60,678 bases of DNA from Bacteroidota bacterium (GCA_947459115.1 CANHCC010000001.1:1-60678); one strand, 5' to 3'; positions 34,018 through 44,780 are shown, numbered from the stretch's first letter. Notes: generated by a model not told the origin, from the letters alone. Numbers and translations are program-made.

Positions 34018-35694
34018 ATGTTTGATATCAATGAGTTGAGTTCACTCTCCGTGAAAGACTTACAAAATCTGGCCAAAAAGCTCGAGCTTCAGGATGTAAA
34101 AGATTTAAAAAAACAGGATCTGGTGATGAAACTCATGGAGTTTCAGGCCGCAAATCCGGATATGAAAATGCCGGTGATTGCCCCTCCGGCTAAATCTTCC
34201 AGAAAGTCTAAAACGACCGTTGAAGCTTCTGATCTTGTTCAGGAAGATCTTCCGACTTCTGCAACAGAGGTAACCTCTCCAGCTGAAGTGTCAGGGGATG
34301 CCCCGGTTTCCAGAGAAGATGTCAGAGATCGTCAGCCTGCAAATAGACGGCAACCCCGTGAGGCTGTTGTTAATCTGCCCCCGGCAGAAAGTCTGAATGA
34401 GATCATGCCGACGCCTGCTGCCTCTTCTCAGGAAAACAGAAGCGTACCTTCTTCCTCTCAAGGCCGTGAGCGTAATTTTACGCCCCCGGCACATAAAGAA
34501 AATCCCAGGCAGGAATTTAACCAAACGCCTCCGCCTCAAAGAGAGGAACCCTTACCGCCTGCCATACCGCAGTTTGATTTTGATGGTATCATTGAGGCGA
34601 CAGGTGTCTTGGAGATAGTGCCTGAAGGATACGGTTTCCTCCGGTCTCCGGAATACAATTATCTCGCATCGCCCGATGATATCTATGTGTCCCCGTCTCA
34701 GATTAAACTTTTCGCCATGAAAACCGGCGACTCTGTGCAGGGTACAATTCGTCCGCCCAAAGAAGGGGAAAAATATTTTGCCCTTCTCAAAGTTGAAACC
34801 ATCAACGGGAAACCTTGGGAAAAAGTCAGAGACCGTATCCTATTCGATCATCTGACTCCGCTTTTCCCGGATGTGAAATTTAATCTGGAAGGCGACCCAT
34901 CCGATTTATCTACCAGAGTTTTGGATTTATTTGCGCCGATTGGTAAAGGGCAAAGAGGGCTTATTGTGGCTCAGCCCAAAACAGGTAAGACCATACTGCT
35001 TCAGAAAATCGCCAACTCCATTGCGAAGAATCACCCTGAAGTATATTTGATTATTCTGCTCATAGATGAAAGACCGGAAGAGGTTACAGACATGGCCAGA
35101 AATGTGAATGCAGAAGTGATTGCCTCAACATTCGATGAGCCGGCAGAAAGGCATGTTCAGGTAGCAAATATTGTTCTTGAAAAAGCCAAGCGCATGGTAG
35201 AGTGTGGGCATGATGTTGTCATCTTACTGGACTCTATTACGCGTCTGGCCAGAGCGCATAATACTTGTATGCCAGCATCCGGGAAAATCCTGTCGGGTGG
35301 GGTAGACGCCAATGCGTTACATAAGCCTAAGCGTTTCTTTGGTGCTGCCAGAAATATTGAACATGGGGGATCTTTGACCATCCTGGCTACCGCTTTGATT
35401 GATACCGGTTCCAAAATGGATGAGGTAATCTTTGAAGAGTTCAAAGGAACCGGTAATATGGAGCTTCAGCTGGATCGTAAAATCGCCAACAGGAGAATTT
35501 ATCCTGCAATTGATGTGGTCAGTTCCGGGACACGCAGAGAAGATTTGCTGATGGACCCTAAGAATCTGAGCCGTATCTGGATTCTTCGTAAGCATATGTC
35601 GGATATGACCCCGGTAGAAGCAATGGAATTCTTGCAAGACCGAATGAAAAACACAAGGTCGAACGACGAGTTTCTGTTGTCGATGAATAAGTAA
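34018..35694 (+). CDS. rho: Transcription termination factor Rho with a large N-terminal insertion
   Basis: 558 aa. It has a Rho_N-like start ([16 protein letters not shown]), then about 145 aa of P/S/E/R/Q-rich low complexity, then the CSD RNA-binding region ([14 protein letters not shown]), Walker A (AQPKTGKT) and the C-terminal ATPase domain. Confidence 0.93.
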   Translation: MFDINELSSLSVKDLQNLAKKLELQDVKDLKKQDLVMKLMEFQAANPDMKMPVIAPPAKSSRKSKTTVEASDLVQEDLPTSATEVTSPAEVSGDAPVSREDVRDRQPANRRQPREAVVNLPPAESLNEIMPTPAASSQENRSVPSSSQGRERNFTPPAHKENPRQEFNQTPPPQREEPLPPAIPQFDFDGIIEATGVLEIVPEGYGFLRSPEYNYLASPDDIYVSPSQIKLFAMKTGDSVQGTIRPPKEGEKYFALLKVETINGKPWEKVRDRILFDHLTPLFPDVKFNLEGDPSDLSTRVLDLFAPIGKGQRGLIVAQPKTGKTILLQKIANSIAKNHPEVYLIILLIDERPEEVTDMARNVNAEVIASTFDEPAERHVQVANIVLEKAKRMVECGHDVVILLDSITRLARAHNTCMPASGKILSGGVDANALHKPKRFFGAARNIEHGGSLTILATALIDTGSKMDEVIFEEFKGTGNMELQLDRKIANRRIYPAIDVVSSGTRREDLLMDPKNLSRIWILRKHMSDMTPVEAMEFLQDRMKNTRSNDEFLLSMNK

Positions 35695-35745
35695 ATTAAT
35701 TTAACATATAGAATGCCGCAATCTGGTTTAAGGTAATTCCCTAAG

Positions 35746-38301
35746 TCATTTTGCGGTTTTCTTTTTGGCGAGACTTCCATTTACCCATTTCTCAATCTCT
35801 ACGCCGATTGCAACTATAAAAGATGTCCCAATACATATTAGAATCTCGTGTATTGTAAGTGGATCTGTTTTAAACCAATCATTGAACAAAGGGATATAAA
35901 GGATCATAAGGTGAAGCATAAAGGTTAATAGGACAGCGCCTATTAGTGCCGGATTTCGAAAAAATGGAATCTTCCACAAGGGGACGCTTTCAGATCGGAT
36001 GGTAATCACATGAAACATCTGGGCAAAACATAATACCGTAAAGACCATGGTTTGCCAATGCTCCATCTGGGCATTAATGGTCCACCAGGCAGTAAAAAGG
36101 GTAATGACTCCCATTAAAAAACCGACCCAGATGACATGAATGCCTAAGCCTCCGGCAAAGATGCTTTCGTTTGGTTTTCGGGGAGGGCGTTGCATGACAT
36201 CAGAATCCGGAGGTTCTGAAGATAGCGCAATGCCGGGAAGTCCATCGGTAACCAGATTAATCCATAAAATGTGAATCGGCATTAACGGCATGGGTAATCC
36301 TAATATGGGCGCCATCATCAGGGTCCATATTTCTCCTGAATTGCAAGTCAAGGCATAGCGGATAAATTTCCGGAGGTTATTATAAATCGTTCGCCCATGT
36401 TTGATTGCTTTCGCAATGGTCGCAAAATTGTCATCCAATAATACCAGATCTGCTGCTTCCCGGGTAACTGCCGTACCCGAAATTCCCATTGCAATGCCAA
36501 CATGGGCTTTTTCCAAAGCAGGCGCATCATTTACCCCATCCCCTGTCATCGCAACAAATTCTCCATCTTGTTGCAAAAGTTTTACGAGTCTGAATTTTTG
36601 TTCCGGACTCACCCGCGCAAAGACATTGGTCTGTCTTATTTTAGCAGCTAATACCGGGTCTTCGGTTGTCTCAAGTTCAGCCCCTGTCATGCACAGGTCT
36701 GCTGCGTCAGGCTTTAAAATGCCGGTTTTACGTGCAATCGCCAGAGCGGTCATTGGATGGTCTCCAGTGATCATAATCGTTCTAACGCCTGCTGTGTGAC
36801 AATTCTGTATGGCCTGAGGGACTTCTTTGCGCGGGGGATCTTGTAATGCGGTCATCCCATAAAGGGTCAGGTTTTTTTCCAGATTCGGTGTGCAGCTCCG
36901 TAATTCTTCTGTCAGTAGTTTTCGGCCAGCCATCGCCAATACTCGGTAGCCTTCTCCTGCCCAAATTTCACTAATAGACTTTGCTTCTTCTATTCCCGCC
37001 TGAATATGTGGAAAGATAGATTCTGGTGCCCCCTTCACCAGTAAATAATAATCTTCTCCAATCCGGTGAATAGTGCTCATTCTTTTTCGTTTGGAATCAA
37101 AAGGTATTTCTCCAACCTTGGGCATTTGAGTCAAAGCCTGTTCAGGTTTCCATCCCATACGCTCTGCCAGATTCACCAACGCAATCTCTGTGGGTTCACC
37201 CAGTAATCCGGATTTCCATTCCACATCATGATTTAAACAAATGGTGTATTGAAAAAATGAAGGGTCACTTGGAGGATAAATCCAATGCTTTTCAACAGAC
37301 ATTTTATTCTCGGTCAATGTGCCTGTTTTATCTGTGCAAATACAGGTAACAGAACCAAGACTTTCAATTGCAGAAAGCTTTCGAACCAATACCTGTTGTC
37401 TTATCATTTTCCTGGCACCCAAGGCCAGAGAAACAGTTATGACGACGGGTAGGGCCTCAGGTATGGCTGCAACGGCCATAGAAATAACGGTTAGAAGAAG
37501 GGTTAGAAGGTCTTCTTGTCTCAGCCACCCAATAAAAAAGAGTATGACACAAAGTCCTAAAATTGCCCAGGTGAGTTTTTTGCCGAAGGCTTCCATCCGG
37601 ATTTGTAAAGGAGAGGTACGCACATTGTTGCCCAGCAGACCTGCGATTTTTCCAAACTCGGTTTTCATTCCGGTATTTGTAACCAGGCCTTTGCCTCTGC
37701 CGGAGGTTACCAGAGTAGATTTATAGGCGAGATTGGTTCTATCTCCTAAGGAAAGATTTTCTCCGGGCAAGGGTGGGGTGGTTTTTTCTACTGCCTCGGA
37801 TTCTCCCGTCAAAGAGGCTTCTGAAATTTTCAAAGACCAGGTTTCTATCAGTCTTAGATCCGCGGGAACAATCTGTCCCGCTTCGAGTATGACCAGGTCC
37901 CCCGGTACGAGAAGTTCCGCTGCCAGGAGCTGAGTCTCGCCCTCCCGAATAACTTTGGCCAGGGGTGCCCCCATTTGGGATAATGTTTCCAAGGCTTTAT
38001 TGGCCCGAAATTCCTGAAAAAAACCAATGATAGCATTGGCCAGGATTATCGCTAAAATGACGATAGCGTCCGCCCATTCTCCTGCCAAGCCAGCTAAAAC
38101 CGACGCTGCAATAAGAATCAGAATCATGAAATCTGAGAATTGGGACAGTAGAGTTTTCCAGGTGGAACTAGACTTCTCCCTGGCGAGTGCATTTTTGCCG
38201 AATGTATTTAGTCGTGATAAGGCCTCCCTTTGAAATAGGCCTGTTCCAGAAGTATTGAGATATTCAAAGGTTTTTGAGATGCTTAGGGTGTGCCAGATCA
38301 T
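35746..38301 (-). CDS. Cation-translocating P-type ATPase (type II, Ca2+/Mg2+-like)
   Basis: 851 aa with TGES, the phosphorylation motif CTDKTGTLT, TGDHPMTA and MTGDGVNDAPALEKAHVGIAMG, plus about 10 TM segments. Confidence 0.88.
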   Translation of the reverse strand: MIWHTLSISKTFEYLNTSGTGLFQREALSRLNTFGKNALAREKSSSTWKTLLSQFSDFMILILIAASVLAGLAGEWADAIVILAIILANAIIGFFQEFRANKALETLSQMGAPLAKVIREGETQLLAAELLVPGDLVILEAGQIVPADLRLIETWSLKISEASLTGESEAVEKTTPPLPGENLSLGDRTNLAYKSTLVTSGRGKGLVTNTGMKTEFGKIAGLLGNNVRTSPLQIRMEAFGKKLTWAILGLCVILFFIGWLRQEDLLTLLLTVISMAVAAIPEALPVVITVSLALGARKMIRQQVLVRKLSAIESLGSVTCICTDKTGTLTENKMSVEKHWIYPPSDPSFFQYTICLNHDVEWKSGLLGEPTEIALVNLAERMGWKPEQALTQMPKVGEIPFDSKRKRMSTIHRIGEDYYLLVKGAPESIFPHIQAGIEEAKSISEIWAGEGYRVLAMAGRKLLTEELRSCTPNLEKNLTLYGMTALQDPPRKEVPQAIQNCHTAGVRTIMITGDHPMTALAIARKTGILKPDAADLCMTGAELETTEDPVLAAKIRQTNVFARVSPEQKFRLVKLLQQDGEFVAMTGDGVNDAPALEKAHVGIAMGISGTAVTREAADLVLLDDNFATIAKAIKHGRTIYNNLRKFIRYALTCNSGEIWTLMMAPILGLPMPLMPIHILWINLVTDGLPGIALSSEPPDSDVMQRPPRKPNESIFAGGLGIHVIWVGFLMGVITLFTAWWTINAQMEHWQTMVFTVLCFAQMFHVITIRSESVPLWKIPFFRNPALIGAVLLTFMLHLMILYIPLFNDWFKTDPLTIHEILICIGTSFIVAIGVEIEKWVNGSLAKKKTAK

Positions 38302-38493
38302 TAATTACATTGCTCTTGTATGGTTAAAAATTGATAAAGGGAATTCAAATAGAAGGTTTTGTAAAATGTAAATCTACCAAAGCTATTTTTAATGTGCCTT
38401 GGGTTAGCATAAATATGCAATTATTTATCCTAATAATTCTAAAAGTCCCAAAATTTCGGATAATTACGCTATTTTAGAGGACAATTTTACGAT

Positions 38494-40092
38494 ATGAAAT
38501 TACGCCGAAAAGTCACTGGTTTCTTGTGTTCTTCATTATTCCTTTTATGTTTAACACATCTGTCTGCCCAACATATTGTTCCCGGAACAATATATTTTAA
38601 AGTCACCGCATCCGGTGTTCAGATTCCGGTATTTACCCATTCCGCCGCGTTGGATCATCTTTCAACCGACTGGGAAGTGCAGGTAGAAAAGTTTGGGATT
38701 TATGAAATTGTTAAGCCTTTTAAGATGTCGGATCCCGAAGTGCAAAAAATTTATCGACTGAGTTTTGATCCGGCTGTTTCCGGGGAGCCTTTGATTCAAT
38801 GGCTTCAAAATATGGAAGGCATTCAATATGCTGAGCCTGCCCAAAGGTATTTTGCCACTCAGGTCCCTAATGATGTAGATGCCCGTCAACAATGGTATCT
38901 GGATTTAATCCAGGCCTTTGATGCCTGGGACATCGGAACGGGAAGCACTTCTGTTGGCGTTGCGATTGTGGATGATGCGATTAAAACAGATCATCCGGAT
39001 TTAGCTCCGGTAATTTGGACGAATTCCGGTGAAATTTCAGGAAACGGCACGGATGACGATGGCAATGGGTATGTAGATGATGTAAATGGTTTTGATGTAG
39101 CCGATAATGATGGCGATGCCCGTCCGCCTGCTTCCGGGTTGTGGCAGTTGTTGGGGCTCTTTACCCATGGGACGCATTGTGCCGGAATTGCAGGGGCCGC
39201 CACCAATAATGGCGCCGGCATCGCCTCAATAGGCAATGGAATTCAACTCATTCCTGTAAAAGCTACTTCTAACAGTTCTCTTATTCCATTGGCCATTGAT
39301 CGTGGAAACGAAGGGGTAGATTACGCAGTGGCCTCAGGCGCAAAAGTCATAAGTATGTCCTGGGGCGGTGCGGCCCAGGACTCAACCCTCACCAATGTTA
39401 TTCAAGGGGCTGTCAATGCTGGCAGGATTCTGGTTTCTGCTGCAGGGAATGATGGTAATTCAACGCCCAATTATCCCTCCGCCTTGCCAGGGGTTATTGG
39501 CGTAGGTTCCATTAGTCGTGGCGATATTGTATCTTCTTTCTCTCAAAGAGGATCTATGATTGATGTGATGGCGCCCGGAGATTCTATTTACAGTACACTT
39601 GCCACCAGCGCTGTGTATGGCTTTCAAAGCGGAACCTCCATGGCTTGTCCGATGGTTGCCGGACTTTGTGGCTTGATGCTCTCTCAAAACCCTGGGGCAG
39701 ATGCTGCTACCATAGAAAATTGTCTTAAGACCACTTGTGATAATATCGATGCCCTTAATCCTTCCCTGGCAGGACAGTTAGGGGCGGGCAGGATTAATGC
39801 AAAGAATGCGTTGGCTTGTATTTCCATGACGGTAGGTCTGACCCAAACAATAGAAAGACCACTGCCATCTGTTTATCCCAATCCGGCATCAGATCAGCTC
39901 CATTTGAAGGTGCCTTTCCTTGCAAAAACTGAGATTTTCAATAGTGTGGGCACATCTTACTATCAGGGAGAGGTAAGGCCTGATGTTACAAGTGAGATTC
40001 TTGTGCAGGACTGGCCCTCAGGCATTTACTTTGTTCAGATTAAAAATGTGTCTGATGGAAGTGTTCATTTTCTTCCTTGGGTGAAACCATGA
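38494..40092 (+). CDS. S8 (subtilisin-family) serine peptidase with a T9SS type A C-terminal sorting domain
   Basis: 532 aa with a signal peptide. The catalytic triad contexts are VAIVDDAI (Asp), HGTHCAGI (His) and GTSMACPMVAG (Ser). The C-terminus SVYPNPASDQLHLKV...GIYFVQIK fits a CTD (about 39868-40089). Confidence 0.88.
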   Translation: MKLRRKVTGFLCSSLFLLCLTHLSAQHIVPGTIYFKVTASGVQIPVFTHSAALDHLSTDWEVQVEKFGIYEIVKPFKMSDPEVQKIYRLSFDPAVSGEPLIQWLQNMEGIQYAEPAQRYFATQVPNDVDARQQWYLDLIQAFDAWDIGTGSTSVGVAIVDDAIKTDHPDLAPVIWTNSGEISGNGTDDDGNGYVDDVNGFDVADNDGDARPPASGLWQLLGLFTHGTHCAGIAGAATNNGAGIASIGNGIQLIPVKATSNSSLIPLAIDRGNEGVDYAVASGAKVISMSWGGAAQDSTLTNVIQGAVNAGRILVSAAGNDGNSTPNYPSALPGVIGVGSISRGDIVSSFSQRGSMIDVMAPGDSIYSTLATSAVYGFQSGTSMACPMVAGLCGLMLSQNPGADAATIENCLKTTCDNIDALNPSLAGQLGAGRINAKNALACISMTVGLTQTIERPLPSVYPNPASDQLHLKVPFLAKTEIFNSVGTSYYQGEVRPDVTSEILVQDWPSGIYFVQIKNVSDGSVHFLPWVKP

Positions 40093-40204
40093 GTTGAGAA
40101 ATTATGCCTCAAGGAAATGCCAGACAGGGAGAAATTCTATGAGAAATCATCAAACTTTTCTATTCTGTAGGTTCGGTTTGTGTCGTGTTCAGGATTACAT
40201 TGAG

Positions 40205-40212
40205 TACTTTTG
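40205..40212 (+). promoter_or_regulatory. Candidate -7 box TACTTTTG upstream of the geranylgeranyl-reductase-family gene
   Basis: Exact TAnnTTTG fit 31 nt upstream of the TTG start at 40243. No clear -33 element at canonical spacing. Confidence 0.3.
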
Positions 40213-40242
40213 CATTCTGTTTAAGATTAAATCCGTTATTCA

Positions 40243-41484
40243 TTGAAAAAGCCTGAAATACTTATAGCGGGTGCAGGACCCGGAGGGGCAATTGCTGCAA
40301 TTACCTTGGCGAAACAAGGTATCCCTGTGATATTGGTCGATAAAGAGACCTTCCCCAGAGACAAAATTTGTGGGGATGCACTCTCCGGAAAAGTGGTGGA
40401 GGTTTTAAGAAAGGTGGACGTGGATATTCTTGGACGGTTACAACTTTCTCCCATTCAGGTGGGGTCATGGGGCGTGGATTTTTATGCGCCAAACCGGAAA
40501 TTGCTTCATGTGCCGTTTAAAACCAATTATGTCAAGACCGATAAAGCACCGGGTTATTTGACCACTCGATTGGACTTCGATAACTTTTTGGTAGAAGAAG
40601 TCCGAAAATATCCCGAAATTGATTTTCGGGAATCCTGTGAGATGAAAACTTTTGAGCGGATTCAGGGAGACTGGAAAGTGGGCTTCAAGTCCGGAGCAGA
40701 GGTTCAGGTCAAGATGATCATTGCCGCAGATGGCGCGCATTCGGCTTTTGCCAGAAAAGTGGGTCAGATTCAAATGGAAAAATCCCATTATTGTGGTGGT
40801 GTTAGAGCCTACTATACTGGCGTTACCGGAATGGATTCCGATAATTTTATCGAGTTACACTTTATTGATGATGTGCTTCCCGGGTATTTTTGGATTTTCC
40901 CTCTCCCCAATGGACGAGCCAATGTAGGCTTAGGGATGCGTTCAGATAAAATAAGCCAGAAAAAAATTGACCTTAAAAAATTGATGGAGAAAATTGTGAC
41001 TCAAGATCCGGTTTTGTCCAAAAGATTTACCAATGCTACCTGTGAAGGAGACATTAAGGGTTACGGTCTGCCACTGGGCTCCAAAAAACGAAAAATTTCC
41101 GGGGATGGATTTGTGCTCGTTGGAGATGCAGCTTCATTGATTGACCCCTTCACCGGAGAAGGAATTGGAAATGCCATGATGAGTGGCTGGATGGCAGGAA
41201 ATAAAGCTATTGAGGCCTTAAGTGCCAATAATTTCAGTTCTGATTTTTTGAAAAAATATGATGACGCGGTCTATGCAAGATTGTGGAGCGAATTGAGATT
41301 GAGTAAGATTATGCAGGAAATGGTCAATTATCCCTGGTTGTTTAACCTTGTTGTGAACAAAGCCAACCGGAATGAGGAACTTAGGACCACAATTTCCTGT
41401 ATGTTTGAAGATTTGGATATGCGCAAGAAGTTGAGAAGCCCCAGATTTTACTTCAATCTTATGTTTGCTGACAAGGCCAAGTAA
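40243..41484 (+). CDS. Geranylgeranyl reductase family FAD-dependent oxidoreductase
   Basis: 413 aa with a TTG start. The FAD fold motif ILIAGAGPGGA is at the extreme N-terminus, followed by RDKICGDAL, AADGA.S and VGDAA..IDPFTGEGIGNAM. Confidence 0.8.
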   Translation: MKKPEILIAGAGPGGAIAAITLAKQGIPVILVDKETFPRDKICGDALSGKVVEVLRKVDVDILGRLQLSPIQVGSWGVDFYAPNRKLLHVPFKTNYVKTDKAPGYLTTRLDFDNFLVEEVRKYPEIDFRESCEMKTFERIQGDWKVGFKSGAEVQVKMIIAADGAHSAFARKVGQIQMEKSHYCGGVRAYYTGVTGMDSDNFIELHFIDDVLPGYFWIFPLPNGRANVGLGMRSDKISQKKIDLKKLMEKIVTQDPVLSKRFTNATCEGDIKGYGLPLGSKKRKISGDGFVLVGDAASLIDPFTGEGIGNAMMSGWMAGNKAIEALSANNFSSDFLKKYDDAVYARLWSELRLSKIMQEMVNYPWLFNLVVNKANRNEELRTTISCMFEDLDMRKKLRSPRFYFNLMFADKAK

Positions 41485-41487
41485 ACT

Positions 41488-43167
41488 ATGCCTGCTATAA
41501 TTTCCTGGTTGTTATTTTTATTGCTCTCTCTCTCAACCGGATGGATATTAATTCAATTGGGCCAACTGGTCCAATTGATGTTAAAAATTCGATTTTTTAA
41601 AAAGACGGCACTTTCTTTTTTTGGGGGCTTTATACTCGTCTTTCTGTATTTGCTGATTTGGCATTTCTTTTATGCAATAACCCCCTTTACATGGGCAGGT
41701 CTGATTATCATTGCATGGATTCCAACTTTCTTAACGGCAAGGATTAAAGCCATGCCCATAAAGTATATAATTTCTGGTTTTAAAGTACCAAAGACTCAAT
41801 GGGTTTCAATTTTCGGTTTAATTCTACTACTGTCTTTGTTTTATTGCCAATCTTTGGATGTTGGATTTACCTATGATGCCCTCACCTATTATTTTACGAC
41901 TATCGCCTGGTATAAAGCGTATCCGGTGATTCCCGGACACACGAACCTGTTCGTTTATTTGGGTTTCAATCAAACCTGGTTTTTATTTGCTGCGCTTTGG
42001 GAGCAGACTTTTCTGAAGAATGCATCCTTTTTTCTTAGTGCCTTTCTGCTGGGTTGGTTCTCCTGGTTTCAGTGTCTGAGATTATTACACATAATTAATT
42101 TTCGTAAGAAGAATCATTCCTCCAGAGTGCTGTTTCCCTTGGTTTCTTTATATCTGGCGCTCAGTTCCATTCATATCAGTTCCCCCGCGCCAGATGTCGC
42201 CGTGATGGTCATCACCCTCGAAATTATCTGGTATCTGGGACTAATGTTATTCAAGCGGAAATTGAATAGGGGCCGTTTGGAATGGGTTCTATTGCTTGGG
42301 GTTGCATTTGTTAGTGTGAAGTTAAGTATGATTGGCCTATGTATTGGTCTGGGGATATTATGGGTGAAGTCTGCCTTCCAAGAGGGTCTGACTCAAATAA
42401 AGGCCAGTTGGGTCTGGGCTTTTTTGGTTACGGGATTTATGGGGATATGGATGTTTAGAGGCGTGCTTTTGTCCGGATATCCATTGTTTCCTTCTCCATT
42501 GTTATCTGTTCAGGTGCCCTGGCTTGTGCCGGAAAGAATTCCCGTCACTTTTACACAATATATACTCCAGTTTGCACGGATCAAGATGCATGGCCAATTC
42601 CTGGAGGAATATGCTGGTTTGAATTGGTTGCCGATTTGGTTCCAATCTTACAAGTATAATATTTCTTTACTCCTTTTTATTGGAGGTATCCTGGCATTCT
42701 ACACCTATAAAATTTATTCCGCGAAGGTTCCGCGTTTAAATTCCTGGTTAATCTTACCCTTGTTTTCCGCCATTGTTTTTTGGTTTGTTTCAGCGCCGGA
42801 CCCTCGATTTATTGTGGGCGTTTTATGGGGCGGTGCAGCATTGGGTCTTGGGTTATGGTTTTCTTATTTAGTGCGTGACCAACGGTTTTATAATTGGGGT
42901 ATTCCTGCTATTCTTCTGGTGATTCTTGTTTTGCGGTTTAACAGGCATCCAGAGTTTCCTTTGGGGTTGCCACAGGCTAAATGCATCCAATATCAACTTC
43001 CTTCAGGGTTAAAAGTTTTTTTGCCTGAAAATGTAGATACCGATGATTGGAGAACCGCTCTGTGTCCTCTCCCCTCTACTGTAATCCCGGATACGGCCCT
43101 CGCCTCTGGTCAATATTATGGGCGGTTATACTTTTATCTGCAAACGAGTCCCTCTGGAAATCCTTAA
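41488..43167 (+). CDS. Polytopic integral membrane protein, function unknown
   Basis: 559 aa with more than 10 hydrophobic segments rich in W/F/Y. I recognise no catalytic motif. It starts 3 nt after the reductase gene. Confidence 0.55.
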   Translation: MPAIISWLLFLLLSLSTGWILIQLGQLVQLMLKIRFFKKTALSFFGGFILVFLYLLIWHFFYAITPFTWAGLIIIAWIPTFLTARIKAMPIKYIISGFKVPKTQWVSIFGLILLLSLFYCQSLDVGFTYDALTYYFTTIAWYKAYPVIPGHTNLFVYLGFNQTWFLFAALWEQTFLKNASFFLSAFLLGWFSWFQCLRLLHIINFRKKNHSSRVLFPLVSLYLALSSIHISSPAPDVAVMVITLEIIWYLGLMLFKRKLNRGRLEWVLLLGVAFVSVKLSMIGLCIGLGILWVKSAFQEGLTQIKASWVWAFLVTGFMGIWMFRGVLLSGYPLFPSPLLSVQVPWLVPERIPVTFTQYILQFARIKMHGQFLEEYAGLNWLPIWFQSYKYNISLLLFIGGILAFYTYKIYSAKVPRLNSWLILPLFSAIVFWFVSAPDPRFIVGVLWGGAALGLGLWFSYLVRDQRFYNWGIPAILLVILVLRFNRHPEFPLGLPQAKCIQYQLPSGLKVFLPENVDTDDWRTALCPLPSTVIPDTALASGQYYGRLYFYLQTSPSGNP

Positions 43168-43175
43168 CGCTACAA

Positions 43176-43796
43176 ATGAAAATTAGAATTATTGTCCTTT
43201 CATTGCTTACAATCGCTGTCTTCATCGGTATATATCAATTGCTAGATACCAAACAGGAATCTGCATACAGACAAAAATTGTATGAGGATAGACGTGAGAA
43301 GAATCGATTCTTTATGGTATCCGAATATTCTCCTTTGGTGGCAGAACAAAAAAAATCCTTTAAAGGATTGGAATATTTTTCGCCTGATGAATCCTGGGTT
43401 GTTTCTGCCAAATGGAGCCCGGCTACCACAATGGATACCCTTTTATTGCCAACGAACAGCGGGGAGACAGACTCTATTATTGTGATGGGGAAGGTGGAGT
43501 TCAAGATTGGAGAAAAAACTTTCGTTCTCACCGCCTATCTGAATCCTTATGATTCTGAAAGACCATTATTTATACCTTTTAAGGATAAAACTTCCGGAAT
43601 CGAATCCTATGGCGGTGGGCGTTACCTTGATGCTAATTCTGAAAAGGATGGGGTTGTATTGTTAGACTTTAATATGGCCTATAACCCATTTTGTGCTTAT
43701 AATGCGGATTACTCCTGCTTCTTTCCGCCCTTAGAAAATGTTTTACCTGTCGAGGTTACTGCGGGTGAGAAATTTGTTCAGGCTCAGTTTCCCTGA
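43176..43796 (+). CDS. DUF1684 domain protein
   Basis: I trimmed the start to ATG 43176 (MKIRIIVLSLLTIAVF...); the track ORF from 43047 overlaps the previous gene. The motifs REKNRFF, F.GL.YF, IPFKDKTSG.ESYGGGRYLD, DFNMAYNPFCAYN and PPLEN fit DUF1684 as I recall it. Confidence 0.7.
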   Translation: MKIRIIVLSLLTIAVFIGIYQLLDTKQESAYRQKLYEDRREKNRFFMVSEYSPLVAEQKKSFKGLEYFSPDESWVVSAKWSPATTMDTLLLPTNSGETDSIIVMGKVEFKIGEKTFVLTAYLNPYDSERPLFIPFKDKTSGIESYGGGRYLDANSEKDGVVLLDFNMAYNPFCAYNADYSCFFPPLENVLPVEVTAGEKFVQAQFP

Positions 43797-43922
43797 TTCC
43801 AACACCAGTTTCATCGCTTCATAGTTAAATTTTGAAGATTCATCGGAATCCGCATGATTTTGACGGGATTTTTTTTAATTTTACATGTCATAAAATACTT
43901 AATAGCCATTGGTTTATCCCTT

Positions 43923-44756
43923 ATGAACGCATTAGTTGGTCGTTTTACTTTGATTTTTCTTTTCTCTGTCCTGTTTACTGCTTGTTTTAACAAGAAAAAG
44001 GATGATCAGGATTCTATCCTTACTCCCAAAATTGAGGATAAAGGCTCTCCTCTCATAGATGTTGGTCTTCCACTGGTCATTAATGTAAATGACCCAGTTA
44101 TTAAGGATGTATGGCCACAATTTGCAACCGTTTATGTGACCGGAGACAGTTTTACGCTGAATGCTTCCTTTAGTGATGATAGGAAATTGGAGAAGTTCTG
44201 GTTTGACATTAATCCTGTTTTTCAGCTATCCGTTGATAATAGTGGATGGGAATACACAGATACAAGATCCCTCACCGGAACCATTAGAGGTTTTACAAAT
44301 AAGTACAAGATTCCTAGCTCAATTGACGGTGGCTTTTATAAGCTGATTGTTAATTGTATGGATTCTGCTGGAAACCTGGCAACTCCGGTTCAGACCTACT
44401 TTATCATTCGCAACACCTTTGATGATTCGATTCCACTTTGCAAAATCACCTCCCTTGATACCAATAATTACAACAACAATTTTGTCTCGATTGGTGGTAC
44501 CGTAACAGTAGATGGTTTTACCTCAGATAACATTAGTGTGAAGTATTACGATGTGAGGGTTAAAAACAAGAACTCTCAGCAGGTTATTTCTACCCTGGTT
44601 TCTCAGGATCAGGTTTATTCTTCTCCTGTTCCTGTTGCTACCAGTTGGACAGTTCCTGCCGGTACCCCACTTGGTTGGTATCAGGTCGTCTTACGGTCTG
44701 TGGACAGATACAATAACATGGATTCCTTGACGGTAGATGTTAGGGTACAGCCATAG
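43923..44756 (+). CDS. Hypothetical lipoprotein with two Ig-like halves (possibly DUF4625-like)
   Basis: I trimmed the start to ATG 43923 (MNALVGRFTLIFLFSVLFTAC-FNKKKDD, with a lipobox). Two beta-rich halves end in similar contexts (GGFYKLIVNCMDSAGN / GWYQVVLRSVDRYNN). The family assignment is tentative. Confidence 0.55.
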   Translation: MNALVGRFTLIFLFSVLFTACFNKKKDDQDSILTPKIEDKGSPLIDVGLPLVINVNDPVIKDVWPQFATVYVTGDSFTLNASFSDDRKLEKFWFDINPVFQLSVDNSGWEYTDTRSLTGTIRGFTNKYKIPSSIDGGFYKLIVNCMDSAGNLATPVQTYFIIRNTFDDSIPLCKITSLDTNNYNNNFVSIGGTVTVDGFTSDNISVKYYDVRVKNKNSQQVISTLVSQDQVYSSPVPVATSWTVPAGTPLGWYQVVLRSVDRYNNMDSLTVDVRVQP

Positions 44757-44780
44757 TTTAGGATTAAACATTTAATAAAA

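Noticed and set aside
43047-43175. 43-aa N-terminal extension of the DUF1684 ORF, and similar extensions at 43854-43922, 45561-45602 and 47498-47536.
   Set aside because: The extensions overlap the preceding gene or a tRNA, or precede an internal Met followed by a clean signal peptide or lipobox. The shorter starts are more plausible.
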